NCBI GenBank assembly: GCA_001189195.1
Contig: LFCQ01000003.1
Coordinates: 7,059 to 71,058 of the forward strand
Length of the DNA: 64,000 nt
From: Parcubacteria bacterium C7867-007
Lineage (GTDB): Bacteria > Patescibacteriota > Minisyncoccia > Phycocordibacterales > Phycocordibacteraceae
Direction: 5' to 3'
Shown here: positions 48,836-58,655 of the stretch, in pieces
Layout: every line of letters starts with the position of its first letter
Position numbering within the stretch: position 1 is the first letter of the stretch
Notes under the pieces: generated by a model
What the model was told of the DNA's origin: nothing
Databases searched by the model: none
The model's input: the letters and a program-made list of their open reading frames with translations, nothing else
Made by a program: the position numbers and the translations under genes

Positions 48836-50908
48836 ATGAGCAACTTCAAGCTCCATGTGCCATTTCCTCCTGCGGGTGACCAGCCTAAGGCAATAAAAGA
48901 CCTCGTAAAGGGGGTTAAGGATGGTCTGAGATATCAGACTCTTCTTGGTGCAACAGGCACCGGAAAGACCTATACGGTGGCAAACATTGTTGCACAGATT
49001 GATAAGCCAACGCTGGTAATGGCACACAACAAAACCCTTGCAGCACAGCTTGCCCAAGAGTATCGCGAGTTCTTTCCAGAGAATGCAGTCCATTACTTTG
49101 TCTCCTATTACGACTACTACCAGCCAGAGGCGTACATTGCGCACTCAGATACATACATCGAAAAGGAAGCACAGATCAACGCTGAGATTGACCGTCTTCG
49201 TCATGCCGCAACACAGGCACTGCTAACGCGTAAGGATGTGCTGATTGTTGCCTCGGTGTCAGCAATCTACGGTCTTGGCTCACCTGCTCAATATGAAAAG
49301 GTGCACATCAAACTTGTGAAAGGAGGCAAGGAAGACCGTGCATCACTTATACGCAAGTTGATTGGTATTTATTTTGAGCGAACCAACGCAGACCTGGAAC
49401 CAGGAAAACTCCGTGCGGTGGGTAACTCGCTTGAGCTCATGCCTGTGAATGAGCGCGCCATATACCGCATCGTATTCACGGGTGATGAAATCAGCCTGAT
49501 TGAATGCCTTGATCCTGTTTCTCGTGCAAAAACAGGGGAGCCAGACTCCCTATTTGTATTCCCTGCAAAACACTTTGTTTCTAGTGAGGATGAACGCACT
49601 AAAGCACTTGAGAGTATTCGTGCAGAACTTGATGAGCGTCTTGAGCAGCTAAAGCGCGAGGAGAAGCCGCTTGAAGCAGAGCGCCTTAAACGGCGTACAC
49701 TCCATGACATCGCATTGATCAGAGAGATTGGCTATTCAGGCGGTATTGAAAACTACTCACGACACTTTGATGGGCGTGCACCCGGTGAACCACCCCATAC
49801 ACTCCTCTCCTATTTCCCACACAAGGAGGATGGTTCAGCAGACTTCCTCACCGTGATTGATGAATCTCATGTGGCTGTGTCTCAGATTGGTGGCATGTAC
49901 GCAGGAGATAAGTCACGCAAGGATATTCTTGTTGAACATGGCTTCCGCCTCCCCTCTGCACGTGATAACCGACCTCTTAAGTTCGATGAGTTTGAGAAGA
50001 GGATTGGGCAAGTGATCTTCACCTCTGCAACGCCAGGAAACTACGAGCGTGAACACTCAATTGCGCCTGAGGGCCAAGTGGTACAGCAAATCATTCGTCC
50101 AACAGGTCTTGTGGACCCAGAACTGGTGGTACGTCCTATTAATGAAACGGGAGAATACAAGGGACAGGTTGCTGACTTTATCATTGAGGCGGAGAAGACT
50201 ATCAAGGGAGGAGGTCGTGCGCTTGCAACCACCCTCACCAAACAGATGGCCGAAGACCTTGCTGACTTCCTTCGTCAGAAGGGTATTAAGTCTGAATATC
50301 TCCACAGTGACATTAAAACCATTGAACGTATTGATATCCTCACTGCATTCCGAAAGGGAGAGTTCGATATTCTTGTTGGCGTGAACCTTCTCCGTGAGGG
50401 TCTCGATCTTCCAGAAGTTGAACTGGTGGGTATTCTTGATGCTGATAAGGAAGGATTCTTGCGTTCAGAAACCTCACTCATTCAAACGATTGGCCGTGCT
50501 GCGCGTAACATTCTTGGTCGCGTGATTCTCTATGCAGATGTCATGACGGGCTCTCTCACCCGTGCCATTGAAGAGACGGAGCGCCGTCGGACGATTCAGC
50601 TTGCATACAACAAAGAACACGGCATCACCCCTATTACGATCAAGAAGGAGATCAAGGATATTGCTGAAAGTATGAGAAGTGAGCACCAGAAGACCGTACA
50701 CACACTTCTGGAACTAGATGCAAAGCTATATCAGGAAGATCCAAAGACATTCCTTGCTGACAAACGAAAGCAAATGAATGAAGCCGTTGAAGCACTAGAC
50801 TTTGAAACAGCTGCCATCATCCGTGATGAGATATATACCCTTGAAGGAAAAGAAGTTCCCGAGAAGAAAGCAACACGTGCACGTACCGGAAGACGAAAGG
50901 GGCGTTAA
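48836..50908 (+). CDS. uvrB: excinuclease ABC subunit B
   Basis: 690 aa with Walker A GATGTGKT, a β-hairpin region, helicase motifs, and a C-terminal UVR domain (…ALDFETAAIIRDEI…). Confidence 0.95.
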   Translation: MSNFKLHVPFPPAGDQPKAIKDLVKGVKDGLRYQTLLGATGTGKTYTVANIVAQIDKPTLVMAHNKTLAAQLAQEYREFFPENAVHYFVSYYDYYQPEAYIAHSDTYIEKEAQINAEIDRLRHAATQALLTRKDVLIVASVSAIYGLGSPAQYEKVHIKLVKGGKEDRASLIRKLIGIYFERTNADLEPGKLRAVGNSLELMPVNERAIYRIVFTGDEISLIECLDPVSRAKTGEPDSLFVFPAKHFVSSEDERTKALESIRAELDERLEQLKREEKPLEAERLKRRTLHDIALIREIGYSGGIENYSRHFDGRAPGEPPHTLLSYFPHKEDGSADFLTVIDESHVAVSQIGGMYAGDKSRKDILVEHGFRLPSARDNRPLKFDEFEKRIGQVIFTSATPGNYEREHSIAPEGQVVQQIIRPTGLVDPELVVRPINETGEYKGQVADFIIEAEKTIKGGGRALATTLTKQMAEDLADFLRQKGIKSEYLHSDIKTIERIDILTAFRKGEFDILVGVNLLREGLDLPEVELVGILDADKEGFLRSETSLIQTIGRAARNILGRVILYADVMTGSLTRAIEETERRRTIQLAYNKEHGITPITIKKEIKDIAESMRSEHQKTVHTLLELDAKLYQEDPKTFLADKRKQMNEAVEALDFETAAIIRDEIYTLEGKEVPEKKATRARTGRRKGR

Positions 50909-50923
50909 GCGGATGCTATTATA

Positions 50924-52033
50924 GTGTTCATGAAGCCCATGAGCATCCGAATGATGATGGCGCTGCTATTTGTTGGCACGCTAGGTCTTTCGTATGGATT
51001 TGTTCTCCTCACCATTGTTCTTCTTGAAGGACAGCTCCAACTTCTCCTTCCAGCCGATCTTGTTCCGCAGGTGATGAATGGAATACATACACTTTTTCTC
51101 TTTCAGGTAATTGCGATTGGTATTGTTGCTGCGGTTCTGGCAATAATTGCATTCTTTATGCTTAGTTCAATCGTTGTCGTACCTCTTCGAAAAGTGTTGG
51201 GTGTTATGGCAGCATTCTCAGAACGAGGTGAGCGTCAACCTATGCCCACATCCGGCATGATGCCTGCAGAAATAAGTACTCTTGCAGAGGTCCTCACGCA
51301 CTACATGGACAGAGTGGAAGCGGCACACAATAAAGATACCGAGATATCACGCGTTAAATCAGACTTTATCTCGACTGCCGCCCATCAACTCCGCACTCCT
51401 CTCACGGGCATTCGCTGGGCACTCGAAGCTCTTGAACGTGAAGGACTTTCTCAAGAACAACAGGTGTTGGTTAAGAGTGCTGTTGATAAGAGTCATGATC
51501 TCGTGGCCATTGTTGGTACCTTGCTTGATATCTCCTCTATTGAATCAGGAAAGTACAAGTACACCTTTGCTCCGGTTGATATGACCCAATTGGTCTCAGA
51601 GGTAACTGGTGACTTCACTCCTTTAGCAACACAACGCAAAGTTTCTCTAAACTATGCTCCAAGCAGGGAACAGCTCCCTCCTGTTAAGGCAGATCGCGAT
51701 CGCATTAAGTGGATTCTCAATAACCTCATTGAGAACGCTATTCGGTACACTCCTGATGGCGGTTCGATCACTGTTTCCACAAACCGTGCCGCTAAACAGG
51801 TACAGGTTCGTGTACGTGATACCGGTATTGGTATTCCAGAGACAGAGCGTGGGAACATATTTGAGCGCTTCTTCCGTGCAGGAAATGCAATCACCAAAGA
51901 GAACCAGGGAAATGGTCTCGGTCTGTATATAGCACGTACTATTGCCACAGATCATGGGGGAGATCTTGATTTCGTAGCAAATACTGAGGGTCCGGGTACC
52001 ACCTTTATCCTCTCCTTCCCGATTCCAAGCTAG
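50924..52033 (+). CDS. sensor histidine kinase (HisKA + HATPase_c), two N-terminal TM helices
   Basis: H-box FISTAAHQLRTPLT, N-box LNNLIENAIRYT, and G-boxes DTGIGI…GNGLGL. Confidence 0.8.
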   Translation: MFMKPMSIRMMMALLFVGTLGLSYGFVLLTIVLLEGQLQLLLPADLVPQVMNGIHTLFLFQVIAIGIVAAVLAIIAFFMLSSIVVVPLRKVLGVMAAFSERGERQPMPTSGMMPAEISTLAEVLTHYMDRVEAAHNKDTEISRVKSDFISTAAHQLRTPLTGIRWALEALEREGLSQEQQVLVKSAVDKSHDLVAIVGTLLDISSIESGKYKYTFAPVDMTQLVSEVTGDFTPLATQRKVSLNYAPSREQLPPVKADRDRIKWILNNLIENAIRYTPDGGSITVSTNRAAKQVQVRVRDTGIGIPETERGNIFERFFRAGNAITKENQGNGLGLYIARTIATDHGGDLDFVANTEGPGTTFILSFPIPS

Positions 52034-52051
52034 TGGTATACTTTTGATACT

Positions 52052-52798
52052 ATGGCTGACACGAAATTCATTCTGGTCGTTGAAGACGATCCAATTCTTA
52101 AAAACCTTTTAGGTCACACCTTCGCAGGCAAGTACCAGACGCTATATGCATCAAACGGTGCAGAAGCTCTTGCACTTATTAACCAGTACACTCCTGCAGT
52201 GGTGCTTCTGGATCTTATGCTTCCAGACATGGATGGCTTCACTATTCTAAAGACTATCCGTGAACGTGCAGATGCCGCTAAGTCTGTACCAGTTATTATT
52301 GTTTCAAATCTTGGACAGCAGTCAGACAAGGATCGTGCTCTTTCTATTGGAGCAAACGACTACATTGTTAAAGCAGAAGTTGATATTGAGGAGATTGTAG
52401 GGCGTATTGAGAAGATGCTTGAACCTTCGGGGGCTGTTCCATCAGTTCCTGTTGCGGCGACAGACCCAACCCTTGTTTCTCAGGTACCAGAGCCCATGTC
52501 TATACCAACCGCACCAGGCCCTATAGCAATGGCTATGCCGGTATCTCCTGCACCAATGCCAGCTCCAGTGGCAGAGGTCCCTATGCCACAATCTGCAGCT
52601 CCAATGCCTGAAGCAATACCTGTTGTTGCAGTTCCAGAACCAACTGCACCTATAGCAATGGCTATGCCTGAAGCAGCACCGATGATGCCTGCTCCTCCCG
52701 TACCACCTGCAATGCCAGATCCACTTTCTGGACTCATGCCGAGCAATCCTGAAGCCGCAATGACAGAGGGAACTCAGGAGAAGCCTTTCATCGTTTAG
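52052..52798 (+). CDS. response regulator: receiver domain plus Pro/Ala/Met-rich low-complexity tail, no recognisable output domain
   Basis: Receiver domain (…LVVEDD…LLDLMLPDMDGF…KSVPVIIVSNLG…) followed by about 120 aa of PAPMPAP-type repeats. Confidence 0.75.
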   Translation: MADTKFILVVEDDPILKNLLGHTFAGKYQTLYASNGAEALALINQYTPAVVLLDLMLPDMDGFTILKTIRERADAAKSVPVIIVSNLGQQSDKDRALSIGANDYIVKAEVDIEEIVGRIEKMLEPSGAVPSVPVAATDPTLVSQVPEPMSIPTAPGPIAMAMPVSPAPMPAPVAEVPMPQSAAPMPEAIPVVAVPEPTAPIAMAMPEAAPMMPAPPVPPAMPDPLSGLMPSNPEAAMTEGTQEKPFIV

Positions 52799-52881
52799 CT
52801 AAGAGATAAGCGCAAAATAGGTGAATGCGCTATACTCACTACGTACCAGTCCCACCATGGACTGGGGCAATTCCATAGGAT

Positions 52882-55539
52882 ATGAAAAAGCCTTTAAAGA
52901 ACTCTGAAGACGCACACGCGCAATTCACTGGTGAAAACTGGATTGAAGTGAAGGGTGCACGTACGCACAATTTAAAGAACCTCTCGGTAAAGCTACCAAG
53001 AGGGGCTATGACTGTGCTCACGGGTCTTTCTGGTTCGGGCAAGTCATCATTGGCCTTCGATACCATCTTTGCAGAAGGTCAGCGCCGCTATGTGGAATCG
53101 CTCTCAGCCTATGCCCGACAATTCCTCAATCAAATGCAGAAGCCGGATGTTGATGAAATCACCGGTCTGTCTCCTGCTATTTCTATAGATCAGAAGTCTC
53201 GTTCAAATAATCCCCGTTCAACCGTTGCAACGGTAACTGAAATCTATGACTACCTCCGCGTGCTCTATGCACGTGCTGGTCAGCCGTACTGTACGCAGCA
53301 TGATGTACCAATCTCGCGCCTTTCAAAGGAAGAAATGATTCGTTTGGTGTGGGGCCGCGTGCAGGCGAAGACGGGAGAGGGTGAAAAAGTGATGGGTGTT
53401 GAGTTCGATCGCTCAACCGTAACGATATACGCGCCTGTGGTTGTAGGTCGCAAAGGTGAATACTATCAACTCCTCTATGATCTTCTTGGTCGTGGGTATG
53501 AACGCGTTGTTATCAATGGGACAGAGCAGTCTCTGCGTGAGAAAGCAGTATTGGATCGTAACAAGCGTCATGAAATTGATGCCGTCGTTGATTCTATTTT
53601 TGTATCTGAGTTCGTACGTACTCCAGATGGTGCACGTGAGCGTCTCTCAGAAGCACTGGAGCTCGCACTAAAGGAAGCAGATGGTCTTGTGAAGATAAAA
53701 CATGCAGACGGTACGATTGAGACACTTTCTTCCAAGTTCATCTGCCCTGATGACGGTATGTCTTTCCCAGAGGTAGAGCCCCGTCTCTTCTCATTCAACA
53801 GCCCGTATGGAGCATGTCCTGCGTGTAACGGTTTAGGTACCAAGTCTCTCTTTTCGGATGAAGTGTGTCCTGTCTGTGAAGGGAAGCGTCTGCGTCCTGA
53901 AGCACTGCGTGTATATCTTGGACAGAAGAAGAACACCAAGGAACACCCGCTTGGTCGTAACGTAGTGGATTTCACTGACTTCTCCATTAAGGATGCCAAG
54001 GATTTCATGGATAATCTTCAGCTCTCAGATATGCGCATGGAGATTGCCAAGCCAATCATTCGTGAGATCACTGCACGTCTCGACTTCATGCTAAACGTGG
54101 GGCTCGACTACCTCACCCTTAATCGTTCCGCAGCAACCCTTTCAGGAGGTGAGTCTCAACGTATTCGTCTTGCCTCACAACTTGGTACCGGCCTCGTGGG
54201 TGCGTTGTACGTGCTTGATGAGCCAACCATTGGTTTGCATCAGCGTGATAACGATCGACTCATTAAAACTATGCTCACACTCAAGGAGCTCGGCAATACC
54301 ATCCTTGTGGTGGAGCATGATGAAGATACTATTTATGCTGCAGACTACATTGTGGACATCGGTCCCGGAGCCGGGGTGCATGGAGGCAGGGTGGTTGCTG
54401 AAGGATGGTTAGATGATCTGCTCACGGCACCAAAGAATGATTCAGGTTCCCTCACCCTTTCATACCTTCGAGAAGAAACACGTATTGAACTGCCTGAAGA
54501 GCGTCGTACCAGTGATAAGGGAAGTATCAAGGTGAAGGGAGCAACACTCCATAACCTTAAGAACCAGAATATTGATGTACCCCTAGGAAAGCTTGTGTGT
54601 ATCACCGGTGTCTCCGGTTCAGGAAAGTCCACCTTCCTCTACGATATCCTTCATCGCAACGTTGCCGCCCGCTTTGCAAAGCGTGAAGTGAAGCTTGAAA
54701 ACGTGGCGAGCATAACGGGTACCGAGTATCTTGCTCGTGTGGTACTTATCGATCAATCTGCTATTGGTCGTACTCCCCGTTCTAACCCTGCAACATACAC
54801 AGGAGCGTTCACTCATATCCGTGATCTCTTCTCATCAACCAGTGAGGCTCGTGCTCGTGGCTGGAAGCCAGGACGCTTCTCATTCAACGTACCAGGAGGT
54901 CGCTGTGAGGCATGTCAGGGCAATGGCATGATCGCTGTGGAGATGCACTTCCTTCCAACGGTGTATGTGACCTGCGATGTGTGTGAAGGAAAGCGATTCA
55001 TGAAAGAAACCCTTGAGGTTACCTATCGTGGAAGAAGTATTCATGATGTTCTTCAAATGACTGTTGAAGAAGCTGCCAAGTTCTTCGAGGACATTCCTTC
55101 TATCGGCGAACGTCTTGAAACACTTAAATCAACCGGTCTCGAATATTTAACCCTTGGCCAGTCTGCAACCACCCTTTCCGGTGGTGAAGCACAACGTGTG
55201 AAGATTGCTGCTGAGTTGTACCGCCCAACAACCATGAAGACACTCTATCTTCTAGACGAACCAACGGTTGGTCTTCACTACGAAGATGTCCGCAAACTTA
55301 TTGAGATTCTTCAGGAACTCGTACGCAGGGGCAACACGGTGGTGGTGATTGAACACAACCTTGATCTCGTAAAGTCTGCAGACTATCTCATAGACTTTGG
55401 TCCAGAGGGTGGTATCAAAGGAGGAAAGATTATTGCAAAGGGAACTCCAGAGGAAGTTGCTGAAGCAGAGGGCTCATATACAGGGGAATACCTTGCAAAG
55501 ATCCTCAAGAAACATCGTAAGAAGGTGAAGGAGGGATAA
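52882..55539 (+). CDS. uvrA: excinuclease ABC subunit A
   Basis: 885 aa with two ABC modules (GLSGSGKSSLAFDT and GVSGSGKSTFL Walker A motifs; two LSGGE signature motifs) and zinc-finger Cys clusters. Confidence 0.95.
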   Translation: MKKPLKNSEDAHAQFTGENWIEVKGARTHNLKNLSVKLPRGAMTVLTGLSGSGKSSLAFDTIFAEGQRRYVESLSAYARQFLNQMQKPDVDEITGLSPAISIDQKSRSNNPRSTVATVTEIYDYLRVLYARAGQPYCTQHDVPISRLSKEEMIRLVWGRVQAKTGEGEKVMGVEFDRSTVTIYAPVVVGRKGEYYQLLYDLLGRGYERVVINGTEQSLREKAVLDRNKRHEIDAVVDSIFVSEFVRTPDGARERLSEALELALKEADGLVKIKHADGTIETLSSKFICPDDGMSFPEVEPRLFSFNSPYGACPACNGLGTKSLFSDEVCPVCEGKRLRPEALRVYLGQKKNTKEHPLGRNVVDFTDFSIKDAKDFMDNLQLSDMRMEIAKPIIREITARLDFMLNVGLDYLTLNRSAATLSGGESQRIRLASQLGTGLVGALYVLDEPTIGLHQRDNDRLIKTMLTLKELGNTILVVEHDEDTIYAADYIVDIGPGAGVHGGRVVAEGWLDDLLTAPKNDSGSLTLSYLREETRIELPEERRTSDKGSIKVKGATLHNLKNQNIDVPLGKLVCITGVSGSGKSTFLYDILHRNVAARFAKREVKLENVASITGTEYLARVVLIDQSAIGRTPRSNPATYTGAFTHIRDLFSSTSEARARGWKPGRFSFNVPGGRCEACQGNGMIAVEMHFLPTVYVTCDVCEGKRFMKETLEVTYRGRSIHDVLQMTVEEAAKFFEDIPSIGERLETLKSTGLEYLTLGQSATTLSGGEAQRVKIAAELYRPTTMKTLYLLDEPTVGLHYEDVRKLIEILQELVRRGNTVVVIEHNLDLVKSADYLIDFGPEGGIKGGKIIAKGTPEEVAEAEGSYTGEYLAKILKKHRKKVKEG

Positions 55540-55546
55540 AAGGAAA

Positions 55547-55580
55547 GCGGCGCGATTCATTCGCGCCGCCCTTTTGTCTC
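55547..55580 (+). terminator. rho-independent terminator after uvrA
   Basis: gcggcgcga-ttcat-tcgcgccgc followed by ccttttgtctc. Confidence 0.65.
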
Positions 55581-55598
55581 CCCAATGTGCGTGCCGAG

Positions 55599-55961
55599 CT
55601 ATTCGGCGGCCTGCAGTACGACCACAGGCCGTTCCAGGGAAGTGTCCCAGCGTGCATCCGTGCAGAGCAGAGTGATCCTGAACGCCGTGCAGCCGGCGAT
55701 CGATTCGATCACGAGGCGCTCGCAAGGTTGGCCATAGATCATTTCGCCGGCACGATGTCCGCACTCGCCGGGCCGCACATGCTTGATGCGGGCGAAGTCG
55801 TTGACATTCACCTCACAGGCAGTCGCGACGTGTCTGAGGAAATTGCCCTCTTCCTCGTCAGCGAATCCACTGACCATGAACTTGCGTTCACTTTCAAGAT
55901 CGATCTCACCGCATGTCATTGCGCGGTCACGGACCGATCTCATACCACAGATACTTGCCAT
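55599..55961 (-). CDS. hypothetical 120-aa Cys-containing protein in a high-GC islet
   Basis: The start is set at the ATG at 55961, with GGAGAG 5 nt upstream. The region is roughly 60% GC against about 50% in flanks. Confidence 0.4.
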   Translation of the reverse strand: MASICGMRSVRDRAMTCGEIDLESERKFMVSGFADEEEGNFLRHVATACEVNVNDFARIKHVRPGECGHRAGEMIYGQPCERLVIESIAGCTAFRITLLCTDARWDTSLERPVVVLQAAE

Positions 55962-56037
55962 TTGTTCTCTCCACAAAACCCGCTAATACCATAGCGTAAT
56001 TCGCCCTAATGTCAATTTACTGGCATACTGACTATCT

Positions 56038-57294
56038 ATGCAGCGTAGTGATCTAACTAAGTTTGAACTGCCCGATGTACCTGGTGTCTATTTGTTTACG
56101 CAGGGCAAAGGGAAGTCTAAGAAGGTGTTGTACGTGGGGAAAGCTACATCCCTGCGTGATCGTGTGCGCTCCTATTTTGATATTGAACTCATTGCCACCC
56201 GTGGTCCCCGTATTGTGGATATGGTTACGCAAGCAGACGGAGTAATGCACGAGACCACACCAACGGTACTTGAAGCACTGGTGCGTGAAGCAGCATTTAT
56301 ACGTCGCTATGATCCACCTGCAAACACGCTAGGGAAGGATGGCAAGTCTTTCCTGTATGCAGTTATCACCGACGAACAGATTCCGCGAGTACTTGCTATT
56401 CGTGGCAAGGATATTGATTTTGAAAACCTGCAGGCAGGGGATACAAAGCTCAAAGCAACCTATGGCCCGTTCCCTTCTGGATTCCAGTTACGTGAGGCAT
56501 TGCGTCTCATTCGTCGCATCTTCCCTTTCTATGACACTGCACGACCAGTTGGAGAGGGAAATAAGCACCTGCAAGCCAAGGTGGAGTTCAATCGTCAGAT
56601 TGGGCAGTATCCAAAAGACATGAGCAAGAGTGAATACATGCGCTCTATTCGTAACGTGGGGATGTTCCTTGCAGGGAATGTTAAAGCACTACGCACTCAG
56701 CTCACCAAGGATATGAAGGCTGCTGCTAAGGCAGAGAACTTTGAGGATGCTGCAGTGATGCGCAGACAATTGTTTGCTCTAGATCATGTGCAGGATGTTT
56801 CCCTTATCAAAGAAGATCGCAGTGAAGACAAAGCTGCACCACGTATTGAAGCATATGACACTGCACATCTTTCAGGTACCAATGCGATTGGTGTTATGAC
56901 CGTAGTTGAGAATGGTCTCACCATGAAGCGTGACTATCGAACCTTTAAGATTCAAGGACGTGGAGGCAAGTCCACAAATGATGATATTGCATCTCTCAAA
57001 GAGATCCTCTCACGTCGTCTAGGGCACCCAGAATGGCCTATGCCACGCGCAATTGTTGTTGATGGAGGCAAGACACACAAGAAGGCTGCAGAGGAAGTAC
57101 TGGCGCAATATGAGATCGGCATTCCTGTTGCTGCAGTGGTGAAGGATGAGAAGCATCGCCCCCGTGAAGTGCTGGGTGCAGTACGGGCGGGTATTAGCGA
57201 AGCCGATGCGGTGCTTGCCAATAGTGAGGCACATCGATTCTCTATAACCCTTCACCGAAAGGCTCGGAATAAGACCATGCGAAAAGGTGCTTGA
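56038..57294 (+). CDS. uvrC: excinuclease ABC subunit C, short form (GIY-YIG + UvrC core + RNase-H-like endonuclease; no C-terminal HhH)
   Basis: GIY-YIG (GVYLFTQGKG…LYVGKATSLRDRVRSYF) and the C-terminal endonuclease region (IEAYDTAHLSGTNAIGVMTVV). Ends at 418 aa without an HhH domain. Confidence 0.85.
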   Translation: MQRSDLTKFELPDVPGVYLFTQGKGKSKKVLYVGKATSLRDRVRSYFDIELIATRGPRIVDMVTQADGVMHETTPTVLEALVREAAFIRRYDPPANTLGKDGKSFLYAVITDEQIPRVLAIRGKDIDFENLQAGDTKLKATYGPFPSGFQLREALRLIRRIFPFYDTARPVGEGNKHLQAKVEFNRQIGQYPKDMSKSEYMRSIRNVGMFLAGNVKALRTQLTKDMKAAAKAENFEDAAVMRRQLFALDHVQDVSLIKEDRSEDKAAPRIEAYDTAHLSGTNAIGVMTVVENGLTMKRDYRTFKIQGRGGKSTNDDIASLKEILSRRLGHPEWPMPRAIVVDGGKTHKKAAEEVLAQYEIGIPVAAVVKDEKHRPREVLGAVRAGISEADAVLANSEAHRFSITLHRKARNKTMRKGA

Positions 57295-57578
57295 CAAGAT
57301 AAGGATAGTACGGTAGGGTATTCCCAGACCCATCAACACGGAACGGGAAAACGCCCATGATTTGGAATTCCACCAAGGCGTAAGGGAAGAGCCCCAGAAG
57401 TGAGCTTCTGACAAAAGCCACAGCAACTCTGGCCCCCTTGCGTCTTTCGCTAGGATTCTCACACAATCTTAGCGACTCTCGTGTCGTACCGACGAGCCCA
57501 GAGGCCATGGATTTTCTTTTTTTAGAAAGTTCATGGCCTCACCTTTTTATATACATGGTGCTGGTATACTCTTTTTAT

Positions 57579-58562
57579 ATGCGTGGCACAGTAGTCGGAG
57601 TATTGCGTGGTGGCCCTTCTCGAGAGTATGAAGTCTCGCTTGCTAGTGGTCATGCAATCATCGCGAATCTCCCTAAAGAGCACTTCACGGTGCGTGATAT
57701 TTATATAGACAAGCAAGGAGTATGGCATGAGCGTGGTCGTCCTGTTACACCGCATCGTGCACTTCATTCCTTAGATGTTGTAGTGATTGGTTTGCATGGT
57801 GAATATGGAGAAGATGGTGAAGTGCAGAAGCTTTTGGAAAAGAGTGGAGTTCCCTATACCGGTTCAGATTCATTCTCCTCATTTGTTGCAATGCATAAAG
57901 TGCTCTCCAAAGAGAGAGCTAAACAAGCTGGACTCAAAACTCCCAACTACTACTACATTGAAGAAAGTACCGCTCCCCATCACATGGAGCATATGCTTCG
58001 TGAGGTGGTACGTACTTGGCCACAACCCGTAGTGGTGAAACCAACACGCTGGGGATCTTCTGTGGGTGTGACTATGACGACGGGATACGCACCTCTCCAC
58101 ACCGCAGTAACAGGATTATTGGCGCAAGGTGCAGGAGGAGTACTTGTTGAGGAATATGTAAAGGGAACTGAAGCCACTGCAGGAGTGGTGGAAGAGATGC
58201 GGGGAGAGAAACTATACGCACTTCCTCCTGTTGAAATCATTCCTCCTTCCTCAGACTTCTTCTCATACGAAGCTAAGTACTCGGGTATCTCCAAAGAAGT
58301 ATGCCCGGGACGCTTTGATAAGCAGGTACAGGCAGAACTAGAGCGGCAGGCACGGGTTATGCATGATGCACTGGGTCTTCGCCACTACTCCCGATCAGAC
58401 TTCATTGTCACCCCCAAAGGTATCTACTACCTGGAGACCAACTCTCTCCCTGGTCTCACCAATGAATCACTCCTTCTTTCCTCCTTGTCGGCTGTGGGGA
58501 TCTCCTTTAGTGATTTCCTATCCCATATAGTTGCCCTTGCACGAGCAGGCAAGAAACGGTAA
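57579..58562 (+). CDS. ddl: D-alanine--D-alanine ligase
   Basis: Start reassigned to MRGTVVGVLRGGPSREYEVSL. ATP-grasp motifs (…VVVKPTRWGSSVGV…, EEYVKGTE…, RSDFIV…YYLETNSLPGLT). Confidence 0.85.
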   Translation: MRGTVVGVLRGGPSREYEVSLASGHAIIANLPKEHFTVRDIYIDKQGVWHERGRPVTPHRALHSLDVVVIGLHGEYGEDGEVQKLLEKSGVPYTGSDSFSSFVAMHKVLSKERAKQAGLKTPNYYYIEESTAPHHMEHMLREVVRTWPQPVVVKPTRWGSSVGVTMTTGYAPLHTAVTGLLAQGAGGVLVEEYVKGTEATAGVVEEMRGEKLYALPPVEIIPPSSDFFSYEAKYSGISKEVCPGRFDKQVQAELERQARVMHDALGLRHYSRSDFIVTPKGIYYLETNSLPGLTNESLLLSSLSAVGISFSDFLSHIVALARAGKKR

Positions 58563-58599
58563 AGTTTCCCCTATAGAAACGGCTTTTAGTCGTTTCTAT

Positions 58600-58645
58600 G
58601 CGGGCCGTTAGCTCAGTTGGTAGAGCGCTTCATTTGCAATGAATA
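58600..58645 (+). pseudogene. truncated tRNA: 5' half of a tRNA-Ala(TGC)-like gene (acceptor 5' strand, D-arm, anticodon arm), no T-arm or 3' acceptor strand
   Basis: GCGGGCCGTTAGCTCAGTTGGTAGAGCGCTTCATTTGCAATGAA. A canonical D-arm and a 7-nt anticodon loop TTTGCAA are present. The downstream sequence runs straight into the ORF at 58656 with no T-loop. Confidence 0.4.
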
Positions 58646-58655
58646 AGTCAACAGG

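Noticed and set aside
52480-52746. Gly-rich 88-aa minus-strand ORF that could have been read as a glycine-rich protein
   Set aside because: It is the antisense frame of the Pro/Ala/Met-rich repeat tail of the response regulator, so it is an artefact of the low-complexity coding repeat.
52440-52798. Possible tandem DNA repeat or CRISPR-like periodicity in the 52.4-52.8 kb region
   Set aside because: The periodicity is coding (PAPMPAP-type amino-acid repeats within an ORF). There are no conserved direct repeats with unique spacers. No CRISPR array exists anywhere in the window.
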